Part shown: one piece after another, positions 1-8,860 of the stretch | Position numbering within the stretch: position 1 is the stretch's first letter | How the letters are laid out: the number at the start of each line of letters is the position of its first letter | Assembly (NCBI GenBank): GCA_039028615.1 | Contig: JBCCHT010000003.1 | Span: forward strand, 96,001 to 160,000 | Reading direction: 5' to 3' | Source of the DNA: Myxococcota bacterium | GTDB taxonomy: Bacteria; Myxococcota_A; Polyangia; Nannocystales; Nannocystaceae | DNA length: 64,000 bases | Position numbers and translations under genes: made by a program | Notes under the pieces: model-generated | What the model saw: the letters and a program-made list of their open reading frames with translations, nothing else | Told to the model about the DNA's origin: nothing | Databases searched by the model: none

Positions 1-675
1 GGGGAGATCTCGGGGGGCGTCTGCCGGCCCGGTCCAGCCATCTTGGGTGGTGGTGACCAGGGTCGAGCGCGAGGTGTCGTCGTCCCGCCAGGGATCTCGC
101 GCGTAGACGCACTTGCCCGCGTGCAGCAGGTAGCCGTGGACTTCGTGGTGCCGAGCCACCACGACCAGGTAGCGGCGCAGGTGCATGCGGTGCCCGTGGA
201 CGAGCCGCAGTCGCGGGACCGGGCGCTGAAGCAGGGTGAAGCCCTGCTCCGCGGCGCTGTGCAGATCGAAGGGGACGGTCGGCACGCGGATGCCCCGTCG
301 TGCCTGGCGCGTCGGGTGCTTGAGGAACCACGACGAGCCCGCGCTCGCCTGGGCCTCGAAGCGGGCCCGGTCCGAGGGCAGATCGATCAAGAACGTCTCG
401 GGCATGATCGTGGCCGCGCGTGCCCGCCCCAGGTGCGTGCACAGGCGAGCCCACAGGATGCGCTTGGACGCCAGCGCGTCCGCGCCCGGTACCGCTCCGA
501 TGACGACGCCCGGCCGCGGCTTCAGGGCCCGCAGCTCGGACGATTGTCCCTTGCCCGAACGAAGAAGCACGAGGTCCGCAGCATCCGCTGCGGCCTCGTG
601 CAGGTTTGCGTCGGCGAGCGCACGGAGCCAGGTCGACGTCAGCTCGCTCGACGCGTAGTAGGTCGCGGTCGTGGC
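1..675 (-). CDS. Tubulin-tyrosine ligase/polyglutamylase (TTL/TTLL)-like ATP-grasp protein, partial (runs off window edge; not in ORF track)
   Basis: Hand translation gives 225 stop-free codons in frame with the upstream TAG (676-678): ...VIGAVPGADALASKRILWARL...IMPETFLI...WFLKHPTRQARRGI...LLQRPVPRLRLVHGHRMHLRRYLVVV...GYLLHAGKCVYARDPW. Motif order matches the TTL family (GAD.L..K..L; PETF; W..K; RGI; Q+Y..P.L..G.K..LR.Y; G...A). Start unclear: ACG at 672 lies 6 nt after GAGGAG; GTG near 570; or readthrough. Confidence 0.75.
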
Positions 676-1731
676 CTACTCCTCGATGTCCTCCTCGCCC
701 TCGACATCCGCACTCTCGGCCCCGACCTCCTCATAGTCGAAGTCCTCGGGCGGCGGAGGTGCCGTGTCGGGCACGAAGTCGGGCGGAGGGGGAGCGGGCG
801 GCGGAGGTGCCGAGTCGGGCACGAAGTCGGGCGGCGGATCGGTCGGCAGATCCGGTACGTCGGGAATGTCCGGCAGCAGCAGCTCCCAGTACATCCACTG
901 GGTGGGGAACTGCACTTCCACGTGCATGGGCTGGCAGGGCTGCAGCTCGATGTCCCCGTCCTCCGGGTAGCGGTGCTCGGTCTGCGTGGCGGCATCCCAG
1001 GCGCGAATGCGGGTGGCTCCGGCCAAGGCATGGAGTTCGCTGGCCATGATGGTGCCCGTCTGCAGGGGCAGGGTGACGAGGTTGTCGCCCGGCTCGAGCA
1101 TGATCGCCATCGACTCCACCGAGGCGACCGAGCCCACCATCGAGTAGGACGACGGGTTTACCGGTACGCCCGACTGGTGCTGGACCGCCACCACTTGGCC
1201 CGGCGAAAAGGGCAGGTTCGACCACGTCTGCCACGGCCGATGTCCACTGAAGCTCTGCGAGAAGGGATTCCACGTCCACGCGGACAGGACGTTGGAGTCC
1301 ATGTCGGCGAACAGCTCGGCCGTGTTCGCGATCTGGGCGTCGAGACACAGACCAACCTTCGTGAACCCCGGGAACAGCGGGGTCGGGACCACGGCCGCGG
1401 TGGCCGAGCCGAGGTTGGGGTATGTGACGGGCGCGACCGTGTAGAACCGAGTCGTGCCGTTGTTGGCACCCTGATCGATGAAGATTCCATCATCTGTCTC
1501 CGCGATGAGGGTCGAGTCGTCGCCGCCGGGCACCGCGTTGGGGCTGTCGCTCACCCACACGGCGTCCAGATCTCCGGGAGTCGGAGTCCAGGTGAGGACG
1601 ATGTTCGTGCCGTCCTTGCTGATGTCGACGGTCTCTCCCGGGTCGATCGCGTGCGCGTTCGTTCCGTACGAGTACGCGCACAAAGCGCAAGCCGCGGCGA
1701 TCCCCAAAGGCGCCCAACGATTCGATTCCAT
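676..1731 (-). CDS. Secreted beta-rich protein with Pro/Asp repeat linker and alpha-tubulin-like acidic C-terminal tail
   Basis: ATG at 1731 with GGGGAGA SD; signal peptide ending AHA; PPPDFVPD(S/T)APPPP twice; ends DYEEVGAESADVEGEEDIEE*. N-terminal ~290 aa align by eye with the 37560..39035 protein. Confidence 0.85.
   Translation of the reverse strand: MESNRWAPLGIAAACALCAYSYGTNAHAIDPGETVDISKDGTNIVLTWTPTPGDLDAVWVSDSPNAVPGGDDSTLIAETDDGIFIDQGANNGTTRFYTVAPVTYPNLGSATAAVVPTPLFPGFTKVGLCLDAQIANTAELFADMDSNVLSAWTWNPFSQSFSGHRPWQTWSNLPFSPGQVVAVQHQSGVPVNPSSYSMVGSVASVESMAIMLEPGDNLVTLPLQTGTIMASELHALAGATRIRAWDAATQTEHRYPEDGDIELQPCQPMHVEVQFPTQWMYWELLLPDIPDVPDLPTDPPPDFVPDSAPPPPAPPPPDFVPDTAPPPPEDFDYEEVGAESADVEGEEDIEE
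747..834. repeat. Intragenic direct repeat, 2 x 40 bp (1 mismatch), 48-bp period, encoding the Pro-rich linker
   Basis: cgggcggcggaggtgccg(t/a)gtcgggcacgaagtcgggcgg at 747-786 and 795-834. Confidence 0.9.
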
Positions 1732-1800
1732 TACGTTCTCCCCCAAACAGGCCCAATCATCCGGGCCTCCACACTGGGCACCCTAACGGTCCAGTTCTGC

Positions 1801-1840
1801 ATTGAATGTATTTTGAATTACATTTAATACCATAAATAAC
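1801..1840. promoter_or_regulatory. AT-rich operator/promoter-like inverted repeat in divergent intergenic region
   Basis: ATTGAATGTA (1801-1810)-N8-TACATTTAAT (1819-1828), 9/10 complementary, in a sharply AT-rich patch of a GC-rich window. Confidence 0.5.
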
Positions 1841-2041
1841 GTGTGCTTTCCCGTCATGAGTTTCTCGACAGGGACCCCCTTACAAGCGCGTGAACGCGAT
1901 TTCCCGAGTCGGGTGCGAGGCGCTGGGGCGCTCGACCGCATCGGTCGATGAAAGCCGTGCGAGAGCGACAGGGTCTCTGCTCTCACGTCGGTGCACGAGC
2001 GCCGCAGAAACTGACACGGGCCGACTCGGGTCGAAGCCGCG

Positions 2042-2929
2042 ATGTCCGAAAAGAGTGCCGAACTCGTCATCGAAGGCTTGTCCAAGACCTATCCCGGTGG
2101 AGTTCGGGCATTGCGTGGCGTCGACCTTCGCATCGCCCCCGGGATGTTCGGCCTGCTGGGTCCCAATGGCGCGGGCAAGTCCTCGCTCATGCGCACCATC
2201 GCCACGCTGCAAGAGCCCGACGAAGGCAGCATTCGCCTCGGTGAGCTCGACGTCTTGCGCGACAAAGATGCGGTCCGGGCGGTGCTCGGCTACCTGCCGC
2301 AGGACTTCGGGGTCTATCCCCATCTCGATGCGCTGTCCTTGCTCGATCACTTCGCCGTGCTCAAGGGCATCACCGCTCGCGGTCAACGAAAAGACGTCGT
2401 CGAGGCCCTGCTCAACCGGGTCAACCTCTGGGACAAGCGCAAGCAGAAGCTCGGTGGGTTTTCGGGGGGCATGCGCCAGCGCTTCGGCATCGCCCAGGCG
2501 CTGCTGGGCGATCCACGGCTGATCATCGTCGATGAGCCGACGGCGGGCCTCGACCCCCAAGAGCGCAGCCGGTTCCTGAACCTGCTGTCGGAGATCGGCG
2601 AGCACGTGGTCGTCCTGCTCTCGACCCACATCGTCGAGGACGTCGCCGACCTGTGCCTGCAGATGGCCATCATCGCAGGCGGGCAGGTGCTGCGCACGGG
2701 CCAGCCGCTCGCGGCCATCGACGAGCTCCGCGGGTGCACCTGGAAGAAGGTCATCACCAAGGACGAGCTGCCCGAGCACCGCGAGGAACATATGGTCATC
2801 TCCACCCGCCTGGTGGGCGGCCGCACCGTCATTCACGTCTTTGCCGAGGACGATCCGGGCGGGCAGTTCGCCGCCGTCGACCCCGTGCTCGAAGACGTCT
2901 ACTTCACCACCTTGGCCCACGCCGCGTAG
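2042..2929 (+). CDS. ABC transporter ATP-binding protein
   Basis: Walker A GPNGAGKS, signature FSGGMRQR, Walker B IIVDEPT, H-loop STH. Confidence 0.95.
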   Translation: MSEKSAELVIEGLSKTYPGGVRALRGVDLRIAPGMFGLLGPNGAGKSSLMRTIATLQEPDEGSIRLGELDVLRDKDAVRAVLGYLPQDFGVYPHLDALSLLDHFAVLKGITARGQRKDVVEALLNRVNLWDKRKQKLGGFSGGMRQRFGIAQALLGDPRLIIVDEPTAGLDPQERSRFLNLLSEIGEHVVVLLSTHIVEDVADLCLQMAIIAGGQVLRTGQPLAAIDELRGCTWKKVITKDELPEHREEHMVISTRLVGGRTVIHVFAEDDPGGQFAAVDPVLEDVYFTTLAHAA

Positions 2930-2941
2930 GGGACTTCGTTC

Positions 2942-5900
2942 ATGTTCCTCTCGTTTCTCAGTTTCGAGCTGCGGTACCGGCTGCGGCAACCCGCGGTCTA
3001 TATCTTCTCCGTCGTCTTCGCCCTGCTCACGTTCGCCGCGATCACCTCCGACGCGGTGGTCATCGGCGGCGGCGTGGGCCAGACGGCCATCAACTCGCCC
3101 TTCGTGATCACCCAGATGCTGGGGATCATGAGCGCGGTCTCGGTCATCCTCGTCACCGCCTTCGTCTCGACTGCGCTCACCCGCGACTTCGAACTGGGCA
3201 CCGACGCCCTGTTCTTCACCAAGCCGATCCGCAAGTTCGACCTGCTCGCGGGGCGCTTCGTGGGCGCGGTGCTGGTGGCCGGCATCGTGATGGTGGCCGC
3301 GGCGTTCGGGCTGATGGTGGGCTCGTTCATGCCCTGGCTCGACCCCGAGCGCTTGGTCGGGTTCTCGCTGGCGCCCTACCTGATGGCGCTTTCCGTATTC
3401 GTGCTCCCCAACTTGCTGGTGATGGGGTCGTTCTTCTTTTCCATCGCCACCCTCACCCGCCGGGTGCTGCCCGCCTATGTCGGCGTGATCGCGTTCTTCG
3501 TGATCTTCTCCGTCGCCGACTCGTTCATCTCCGATCTCGACAACGACCTCGTTGCGGCGCTGGTCGATCCCTTCGGCCTGGCCTCCCTGCAGATCTCCAC
3601 CCGCTACTGGACGGTCGCCGAGCGCAACGGCTCGCTGGTGCCGCTGACGGGGGCGCTGTGGCTCAACCGGGCGGTGTGGCTCGCCCTGGCCGCGGCCTGC
3701 TTCGCCTTCACCGTGCGGCGCTTCTCCTTTGCCGCGCGGGCACGCAAGCCCAAGAAGGCGGGGGCGCAGGCCGAGGCCTCGCGCACCGAAGCCCCGCTGG
3801 TGGTGGTGCGCCCGAACATCACGTCCAGCACCGCGCTGCACCAGCTATGGCATCAGCTGCGGGTCGAGCTGGGCACGGTGCTCCGCGGCAAGGCGTTCAT
3901 CGTCATCACGCTGTTCGGGGTGCTCAACGTGGTCGGCGGCGCGCTGGGGACCATCGACGAGGTCTTCGGCACGCCCATCCTGCCCGTCACCCACCTCATG
4001 GTGCGGGTCATCGATCAGGTCTCAGCGCTCTTCGTCATCATCGTCATCACCTTCTATGCGGGTGAGCTGGTGCATCGCGAGCGCCAGGTCGGCCTGCACG
4101 AGGTCCACGACGCCCTCCCCATGCCGGGCTGGGTCCCGCTGCTGGGCAAGCTCGGCGCGCTCACGGTGGCCGTGTTCTCGCTGCTGGTCATCGCCTCGAT
4201 GTCCGGGGTGATGATCCAGCTCTCGCAGGGCTACACCCACGTGGAGCTGCCGCTGTACGCCAAGGGGCTGTGGGGGCTGTCGCTGTCCCGCTGGGTGCTG
4301 ATCTGCGTGCTCGCCATGTTCTTCCAGGTCTTGGTCAACCACAAGTACCTGGGCTTCATGTTGATGCTGCTGTTTTACGTCTCGCAGGCGGCCCTGCCCG
4401 CGCTCGACCTGAACCACGGCTTGTATCGCTTCGGGTGGGCCCCCGGCACGCCCTACTCCGACATGAACGGCTACGGGCACTTCTTCTCGCCCGCCATGTG
4501 GTACCGCCTGTACTGGTCGGCCTTCGCGGTGGGCCTGTTGCTGGTGGCCAACCTGTTTTGGGTGCGAGGCACCGACAACCGCTTCCGCCTGCGCCTGCGC
4601 GAGGCCCGGCGTCGCACCTCGGGGCGCCAGACGGCCATGCTCGCGGTGGTGGCCGGCGTGGTCTTCGGCACCGGGGCCTTCATCTTTCACAACACGACGG
4701 TCCTCAACGAGTTCCTCACCCAGGACGACCAGCAAGCGGCGCAGGTGCGCTACGAGCAGACCTACCGCGACGAGTGGTACGGCGCGGTGCAGCCCCGGGT
4801 GACCGCGGCCGACCTCGACGTCGACATCTTCCCGCATCGGCGCGAGGTGAACATCGGCGGCACGATCACCCTGGTCAACAAGGCCGACACCCCCATCGAA
4901 AAGCTCTTCGTCACCGTCGACACCGATCTCGACGTGAAGTCGCTCGGCTTGCCCGACGAGGCGCTGCTCGAGCACGACAAAGAACTGGGCATCCGCATCT
5001 ATCGGCTCGAGCCGGCCATGGCCCCCGGGGCCACGCTGGAGTTCCCCTTCGCGCTGCACTTCTCCGAGCCGGGCTTCAAGAACAACGGCTCGAATACCGG
5101 GGTCGTCGAAAACGGCACCTTCTTCAATAGCGGCTGGGTGCCGCACTTCGGCTACGACAAGAACGTCGAGCTGCAAGATCCCAACGAGCGGCGCAAGCGA
5201 GACCTGCCCGAGCGCGAGCGGGCGCGACCCCCCACCGACATGGAGGCGCGCGCCAACACCTACCTCACCGCCGAGGGCGACTGGATCGACTTCGCCGCCA
5301 CCGTCAGCACCTCGTCCGACCAGATCGCGCTGGCGCCGGGCTACCTGACCAAGGAGTGGGAGGAGGGCGATCGGCACTACTTCCGCTACGAGATGGACGC
5401 GCCGATCCTCGACTTCTACGCGTTCCTGTCTGCCGACTACGTGGTGGCCCGCGACTCGTGGAACGACGTGGCGATCGAGGTCTACCACCATCACTCCCAC
5501 GGGATGAACGTGGCGCGGATGATCGACGCGGTGAAGAAGTCACTCGACTACTACACGACCAACTTCAGCCCCTACCAGCATCGCCAGGTTCGGATCGTCG
5601 AGTTCCCGCGCTACGCCAGCTTCGCCCAGTCCTTCCCCAACACCATCCCCTACTCGGAGAGCATCGGCTTCATCGCCGATCTCAGCGACGAGGAGCGGAT
5701 CGACTATGTGTTCTACGTGACCGCCCACGAGGTCGCCCACCAGTGGTGGGCTCACCAGGTGATCGGCGGTGACGTGCAGGGCGGCACCATGCTCTCGGAG
5801 ACCTTGTCGCAGTACTCGGCGCTCATGGTCATGGAAAAGGAGTATGGGCGCACCAAGATCGGCAAGTTCCTGAAGTACGAGCTCGACAACTACCTCGAGG

Positions 5901-6499
5901 GTCGCGGGGCGGAGTCCGAGCGCGAGCTGCCCCTGTCGCTGGTCGAAAACCAACAGTACATCCACTACAACAAGGGCAGCCTGGTCATGTATGCCCTGCG
6001 GGAGGCCATGGGCGAAGACGTGCTCAACGGCGTGCTCGCGGCCTATATCGAGGATGTCGGGTTCCAGCAGCCGCCCTTCACGGCGGCCACCGAGTTGGTC
6101 GATCGCATCCGGGCGGCGATGCCCGAGCGCTTCGACTACCTCGTGGAGGACCTGTTCGAGACCATCACGCTGTACGACAACCGGGCGGTGTCCGCGACCG
6201 CCAGCGAGACGTCCGACGGACAGTGGCAGGTCGATCTGGTACTCGACTCCCGCAAGGTCCACGCCGACGAGAAGGGCAACGAAGAAGCAGTCGCGCTCGG
6301 CGATTGGCTCGAGGTGGGGGTCTTCGGCGAGGACGAGGATGCCGAGCCGCTCTACCTGGAGTGGCACCGCATCGAGGACGAGCGCACCGAGCTGAGCGTG
6401 ACCGTGGGTGAGCGTCCGGCCCGGGCTGGCATCGACCCGCGGGTGCTCTTCGTCGACCGTGATTCCGATGACAACGTTCGTCGGGTCGACATCCCATGA
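2942..6499 (+). CDS. ABC-2 type permease fused to C-terminal M1-family aminopeptidase domain
   Basis: Two multi-TM halves in the first ~580 aa; gluzincin motif HEVAHQWW with downstream SETLSQY; YNKG motif; 12 nt after the ABC ATPase. Confidence 0.9.
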   Translation: MFLSFLSFELRYRLRQPAVYIFSVVFALLTFAAITSDAVVIGGGVGQTAINSPFVITQMLGIMSAVSVILVTAFVSTALTRDFELGTDALFFTKPIRKFDLLAGRFVGAVLVAGIVMVAAAFGLMVGSFMPWLDPERLVGFSLAPYLMALSVFVLPNLLVMGSFFFSIATLTRRVLPAYVGVIAFFVIFSVADSFISDLDNDLVAALVDPFGLASLQISTRYWTVAERNGSLVPLTGALWLNRAVWLALAAACFAFTVRRFSFAARARKPKKAGAQAEASRTEAPLVVVRPNITSSTALHQLWHQLRVELGTVLRGKAFIVITLFGVLNVVGGALGTIDEVFGTPILPVTHLMVRVIDQVSALFVIIVITFYAGELVHRERQVGLHEVHDALPMPGWVPLLGKLGALTVAVFSLLVIASMSGVMIQLSQGYTHVELPLYAKGLWGLSLSRWVLICVLAMFFQVLVNHKYLGFMLMLLFYVSQAALPALDLNHGLYRFGWAPGTPYSDMNGYGHFFSPAMWYRLYWSAFAVGLLLVANLFWVRGTDNRFRLRLREARRRTSGRQTAMLAVVAGVVFGTGAFIFHNTTVLNEFLTQDDQQAAQVRYEQTYRDEWYGAVQPRVTAADLDVDIFPHRREVNIGGTITLVNKADTPIEKLFVTVDTDLDVKSLGLPDEALLEHDKELGIRIYRLEPAMAPGATLEFPFALHFSEPGFKNNGSNTGVVENGTFFNSGWVPHFGYDKNVELQDPNERRKRDLPERERARPPTDMEARANTYLTAEGDWIDFAATVSTSSDQIALAPGYLTKEWEEGDRHYFRYEMDAPILDFYAFLSADYVVARDSWNDVAIEVYHHHSHGMNVARMIDAVKKSLDYYTTNFSPYQHRQVRIVEFPRYASFAQSFPNTIPYSESIGFIADLSDEERIDYVFYVTAHEVAHQWWAHQVIGGDVQGGTMLSETLSQYSALMVMEKEYGRTKIGKFLKYELDNYLEGRGAESERELPLSLVENQQYIHYNKGSLVMYALREAMGEDVLNGVLAAYIEDVGFQQPPFTAATELVDRIRAAMPERFDYLVEDLFETITLYDNRAVSATASETSDGQWQVDLVLDSRKVHADEKGNEEAVALGDWLEVGVFGEDEDAEPLYLEWHRIEDERTELSVTVGERPARAGIDPRVLFVDRDSDDNVRRVDIP

Positions 6500-6504
6500 G
6501 TCGG

Positions 6505-6539
6505 TGGGACAGTCGCGACACTGGCTCGCGACTGTCCCA
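6505..6539 (+). terminator. Stem-loop after ABC/M1 operon
   Basis: Perfect 14-bp stem tgggacagtcgcga / tcgcgactgtccca, 7-nt loop, 5 nt after the stop; no clear U-tract. Confidence 0.6.
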
Positions 6540-6670
6540 ACATTGACCGGTGAAAAATACGAGACCGTGACCACTATCTAAACTCTGTTCCAGCTCCGTT
6601 TCTCTTGGTAACATTGCCATCGGACTCGTACGCAAATACGCGACGAGATTTGGTGGGAGGCGACAACACA

Positions 6671-7687
6671 ATGGGGATGGACTGGCTTCGATGCGTGGCT
6701 CTGTTGAGCTGTGGTTTGGCGCTTGCGTGCGGCGATGTGGACGATCCGGCCGCGGGTGGCACTGAAGGCGAGGGGTCGACCGGGGAGGCGACCTCGGGCG
6801 AAACGCCGCCCGGGGGCACCGCGGTCAATGACGATGCGGCCGACACCAGCGGTGGTGGGGCCGAGGCCGACAGCGGTGGATCGGATGACTCGAGCGATCC
6901 TTCGGCGACCGACGACGGCAGCGAGGACGACACCACGACCGGTGACGATCCTCCGCCCTTGGCATGTCAGCCGGATCCGGCGCGCATGGTGGTGCTGGGC
7001 GACAGCATCGCGGCGTGTGCGGGCGTGGGCGGCATCAACTCCGACGACTGTGCGCCGCGCTTGGTTCACGACTACCTGGCCGAGCGCTTCGGCGACGTCA
7101 CCTACGAGAACATCTCCGTCGGCGGCGCGGTGACGACCGGGGTGTCGAACAATCAGATCTTCAACATCGAGGTCGGCCAGCCCGGCCACGTGTTCGTGAT
7201 GATCTACATCGGCGGCAACGACCTGGCGCCGTACATCTTCCAGTCCGACGAGGCGGCCATCAACGGCTGGGAGAACACCACCGGGCCCACGGTGGCGACG
7301 GCGTGGGAGGAGATCTTGGCGTTCTTCGACGACGAGACCAACTTCCCCGACGGGGTCACGCTGCTGATGAACACGCAGTACAACCCCTTCGACGACTGCA
7401 CGGCGCCGCCGTACTTCGTCAGCCAGGTGAAGATCGAGCTGCTGCACGCGCACAACGACGCGCTCACCGATCGCGCCGCCTCGCGTCCCTGGGCGTTCAT
7501 CGCCGACCAGCACCCGGTGTACCTGGGCCACGGGCACTACGTGAACGACTCGAACTGTCCGCACTACGACGCGAGCTTCGAGCCGTACATGAACGACCTC
7601 ATCCATCCCAACGAGCCGGGGCATCACAACCTCGCCGACGTGATGATCGAGGAGATGGAGGCCACGGTCTACGGCGAGTGCGAGTAG
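6671..7687 (+). CDS. SGNH/GDSL hydrolase lipoprotein
   Basis: GGGAGG SD; lipobox-like LALAC; acidic linker; blocks VLGDSI, GGND, DLIHPN. Confidence 0.85.
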   Translation: MGMDWLRCVALLSCGLALACGDVDDPAAGGTEGEGSTGEATSGETPPGGTAVNDDAADTSGGGAEADSGGSDDSSDPSATDDGSEDDTTTGDDPPPLACQPDPARMVVLGDSIAACAGVGGINSDDCAPRLVHDYLAERFGDVTYENISVGGAVTTGVSNNQIFNIEVGQPGHVFVMIYIGGNDLAPYIFQSDEAAINGWENTTGPTVATAWEEILAFFDDETNFPDGVTLLMNTQYNPFDDCTAPPYFVSQVKIELLHAHNDALTDRAASRPWAFIADQHPVYLGHGHYVNDSNCPHYDASFEPYMNDLIHPNEPGHHNLADVMIEEMEATVYGECE

Positions 7688-7711
7688 GCACGCGTCCGGG
7701 TAACGTGGAGG

Positions 7712-7742
7712 CGCCGACTCTCGCGAGTCGGCGTTTTCATTT
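7712..7742 (+). terminator. Rho-independent terminator
   Basis: 9-bp stem cgccgactc/gagtcggcg, 4-nt loop, followed by TTTTCATTT, between convergent genes. Confidence 0.75.
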
Positions 7743-8747
7743 GGTTGCGTCGCGGCGGAAGCGGGAGGGCGGCGACCCGGTCCAGCGGCGGAAGGCCCGG
7801 CGGAAGTTGGCGGTGTCGGTGTAGCCGAGCAGGTAGGCGATCTCGTCGATGGTGGTGCCCGACTCGAGGTGATCGGTGGCCATGCGACGCCGCAGGTCGT
7901 CGAGGATCGTGCGGTAGGAGGTGCCCTCGGCCCGCAGCCGACGATCGAGGGTGCGGGGCGTGACGTGCAGGCGTCGGGCCACGGTGGGGAAGCTCGGGAA
8001 CCCCAAGGGACGCTCCAGCATGATCCGACGGACGCGGATCTCGAACGATCGACCGCTGCCCAGGGCGTCCAGCTCGCGCTCGCAGAGGCGGGCGGCGAGC
8101 TCGAGCGCGCGGGGGTCGGCCATCCGCGGGGGGCGGGCCAACGCGGCACGCGGGATCCAGAAGCAGGCGCGGGGCGAGTCGAAGACCAGCGGGCACCCGA
8201 ACGCCTCTTCGGCCAGCGCCAGGTACTCGGGCGTGGGGAACGGGAACTCGGCCCCGAGCAGTTGGCAGGCTCCCATCGAGGCGTCGTGGAGCACGTTCTT
8301 CACGCTGAGCATCACCGCCTCGAGCACCATGGTTCGCGGGTAGCCCAAGGGGAGCAGCTCGCGGATCTCGATGCGGACGCGCTCGCCCTCGACCTCGTGG
8401 GTCAGCCCGAGCACGCTGATCCGCGAGGCGATGAAGCGCCGCAGCAGGTCGAGCAGCTCGGCCATGCTCGCCGCGCTCACGGCCGCCATCCCGAGCGCAC
8501 CGTGGGTCGAGGTCACGAGGTTGGAGCCGACCACGATCCCCAGCGCGGGCTCGCCCGACATGGCCACCGCATTGCGCGACAGCTCGGCGAACACATCGAG
8601 TCGGATCACCGCTTCGGGATCGTCGAGCGTGTCGACGGCCAAGCCGCTGCCCTCGAGCCACGACGCCGTGTCGACGCCCAGGCCGCGCAGGTACTCGGCG
8701 GTCAGGCGCACGTACTGCACGGCGAGCCTCGGTACGTGGGGTTCCAT
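7737..8747 (-). CDS. AraC-family transcriptional regulator (N-terminal ligand domain + HTH)
   Basis: C-terminal VARRLHVTPRTLDRRL...IAYLLGYTDTANFRRAFRRWTG; divergent from the alkB fusion. Confidence 0.92.
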   Translation of the reverse strand: MEPHVPRLAVQYVRLTAEYLRGLGVDTASWLEGSGLAVDTLDDPEAVIRLDVFAELSRNAVAMSGEPALGIVVGSNLVTSTHGALGMAAVSAASMAELLDLLRRFIASRISVLGLTHEVEGERVRIEIRELLPLGYPRTMVLEAVMLSVKNVLHDASMGACQLLGAEFPFPTPEYLALAEEAFGCPLVFDSPRACFWIPRAALARPPRMADPRALELAARLCERELDALGSGRSFEIRVRRIMLERPLGFPSFPTVARRLHVTPRTLDRRLRAEGTSYRTILDDLRRRMATDHLESGTTIDEIAYLLGYTDTANFRRAFRRWTGSPPSRFRRDATK

Positions 8748-8757
8748 GGCCCTTCGA

Positions 8758-8808
8758 TTGTCTATAAATGACCGGGTGTTTGTCCATAAATGACCTCCGA
8801 CAGTGTCC
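8758..8808. promoter_or_regulatory. Tandem direct repeats, candidate AraC-regulator binding sites
   Basis: TTGTCTATAAATGACC (8758-8773) and TTGTCCATAAATGACC (8780-8795), 22-bp period, plus partial TGTCC at 8804. Confidence 0.7.
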
Positions 8809-8860
8809 GTGGGGCTGCTACTTCCAATAGGCGCCATTCGTGGCGGGGGGAGGCATTGCG

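Noticed and set aside
43..1827. 594-aa plus-strand ORF
   Set aside because: Antisense shadow of the two minus-strand genes; Arg/Gly-rich with no motifs. Its openness reflects codon bias on the real strand.
2042..6499. ABC permease-M1 aminopeptidase fusion as a novel system or as exporter for the Trp peptide
   Set aside because: A widespread known architecture, 15 kb from the peptide locus, with no evidence of linkage.
6639..6664. Fifth copy of the ECF-like motif upstream of the SGNH gene
   Set aside because: Reads CGCGAC-N16-CGAC (mismatch) and overlaps the SD; likely chance.
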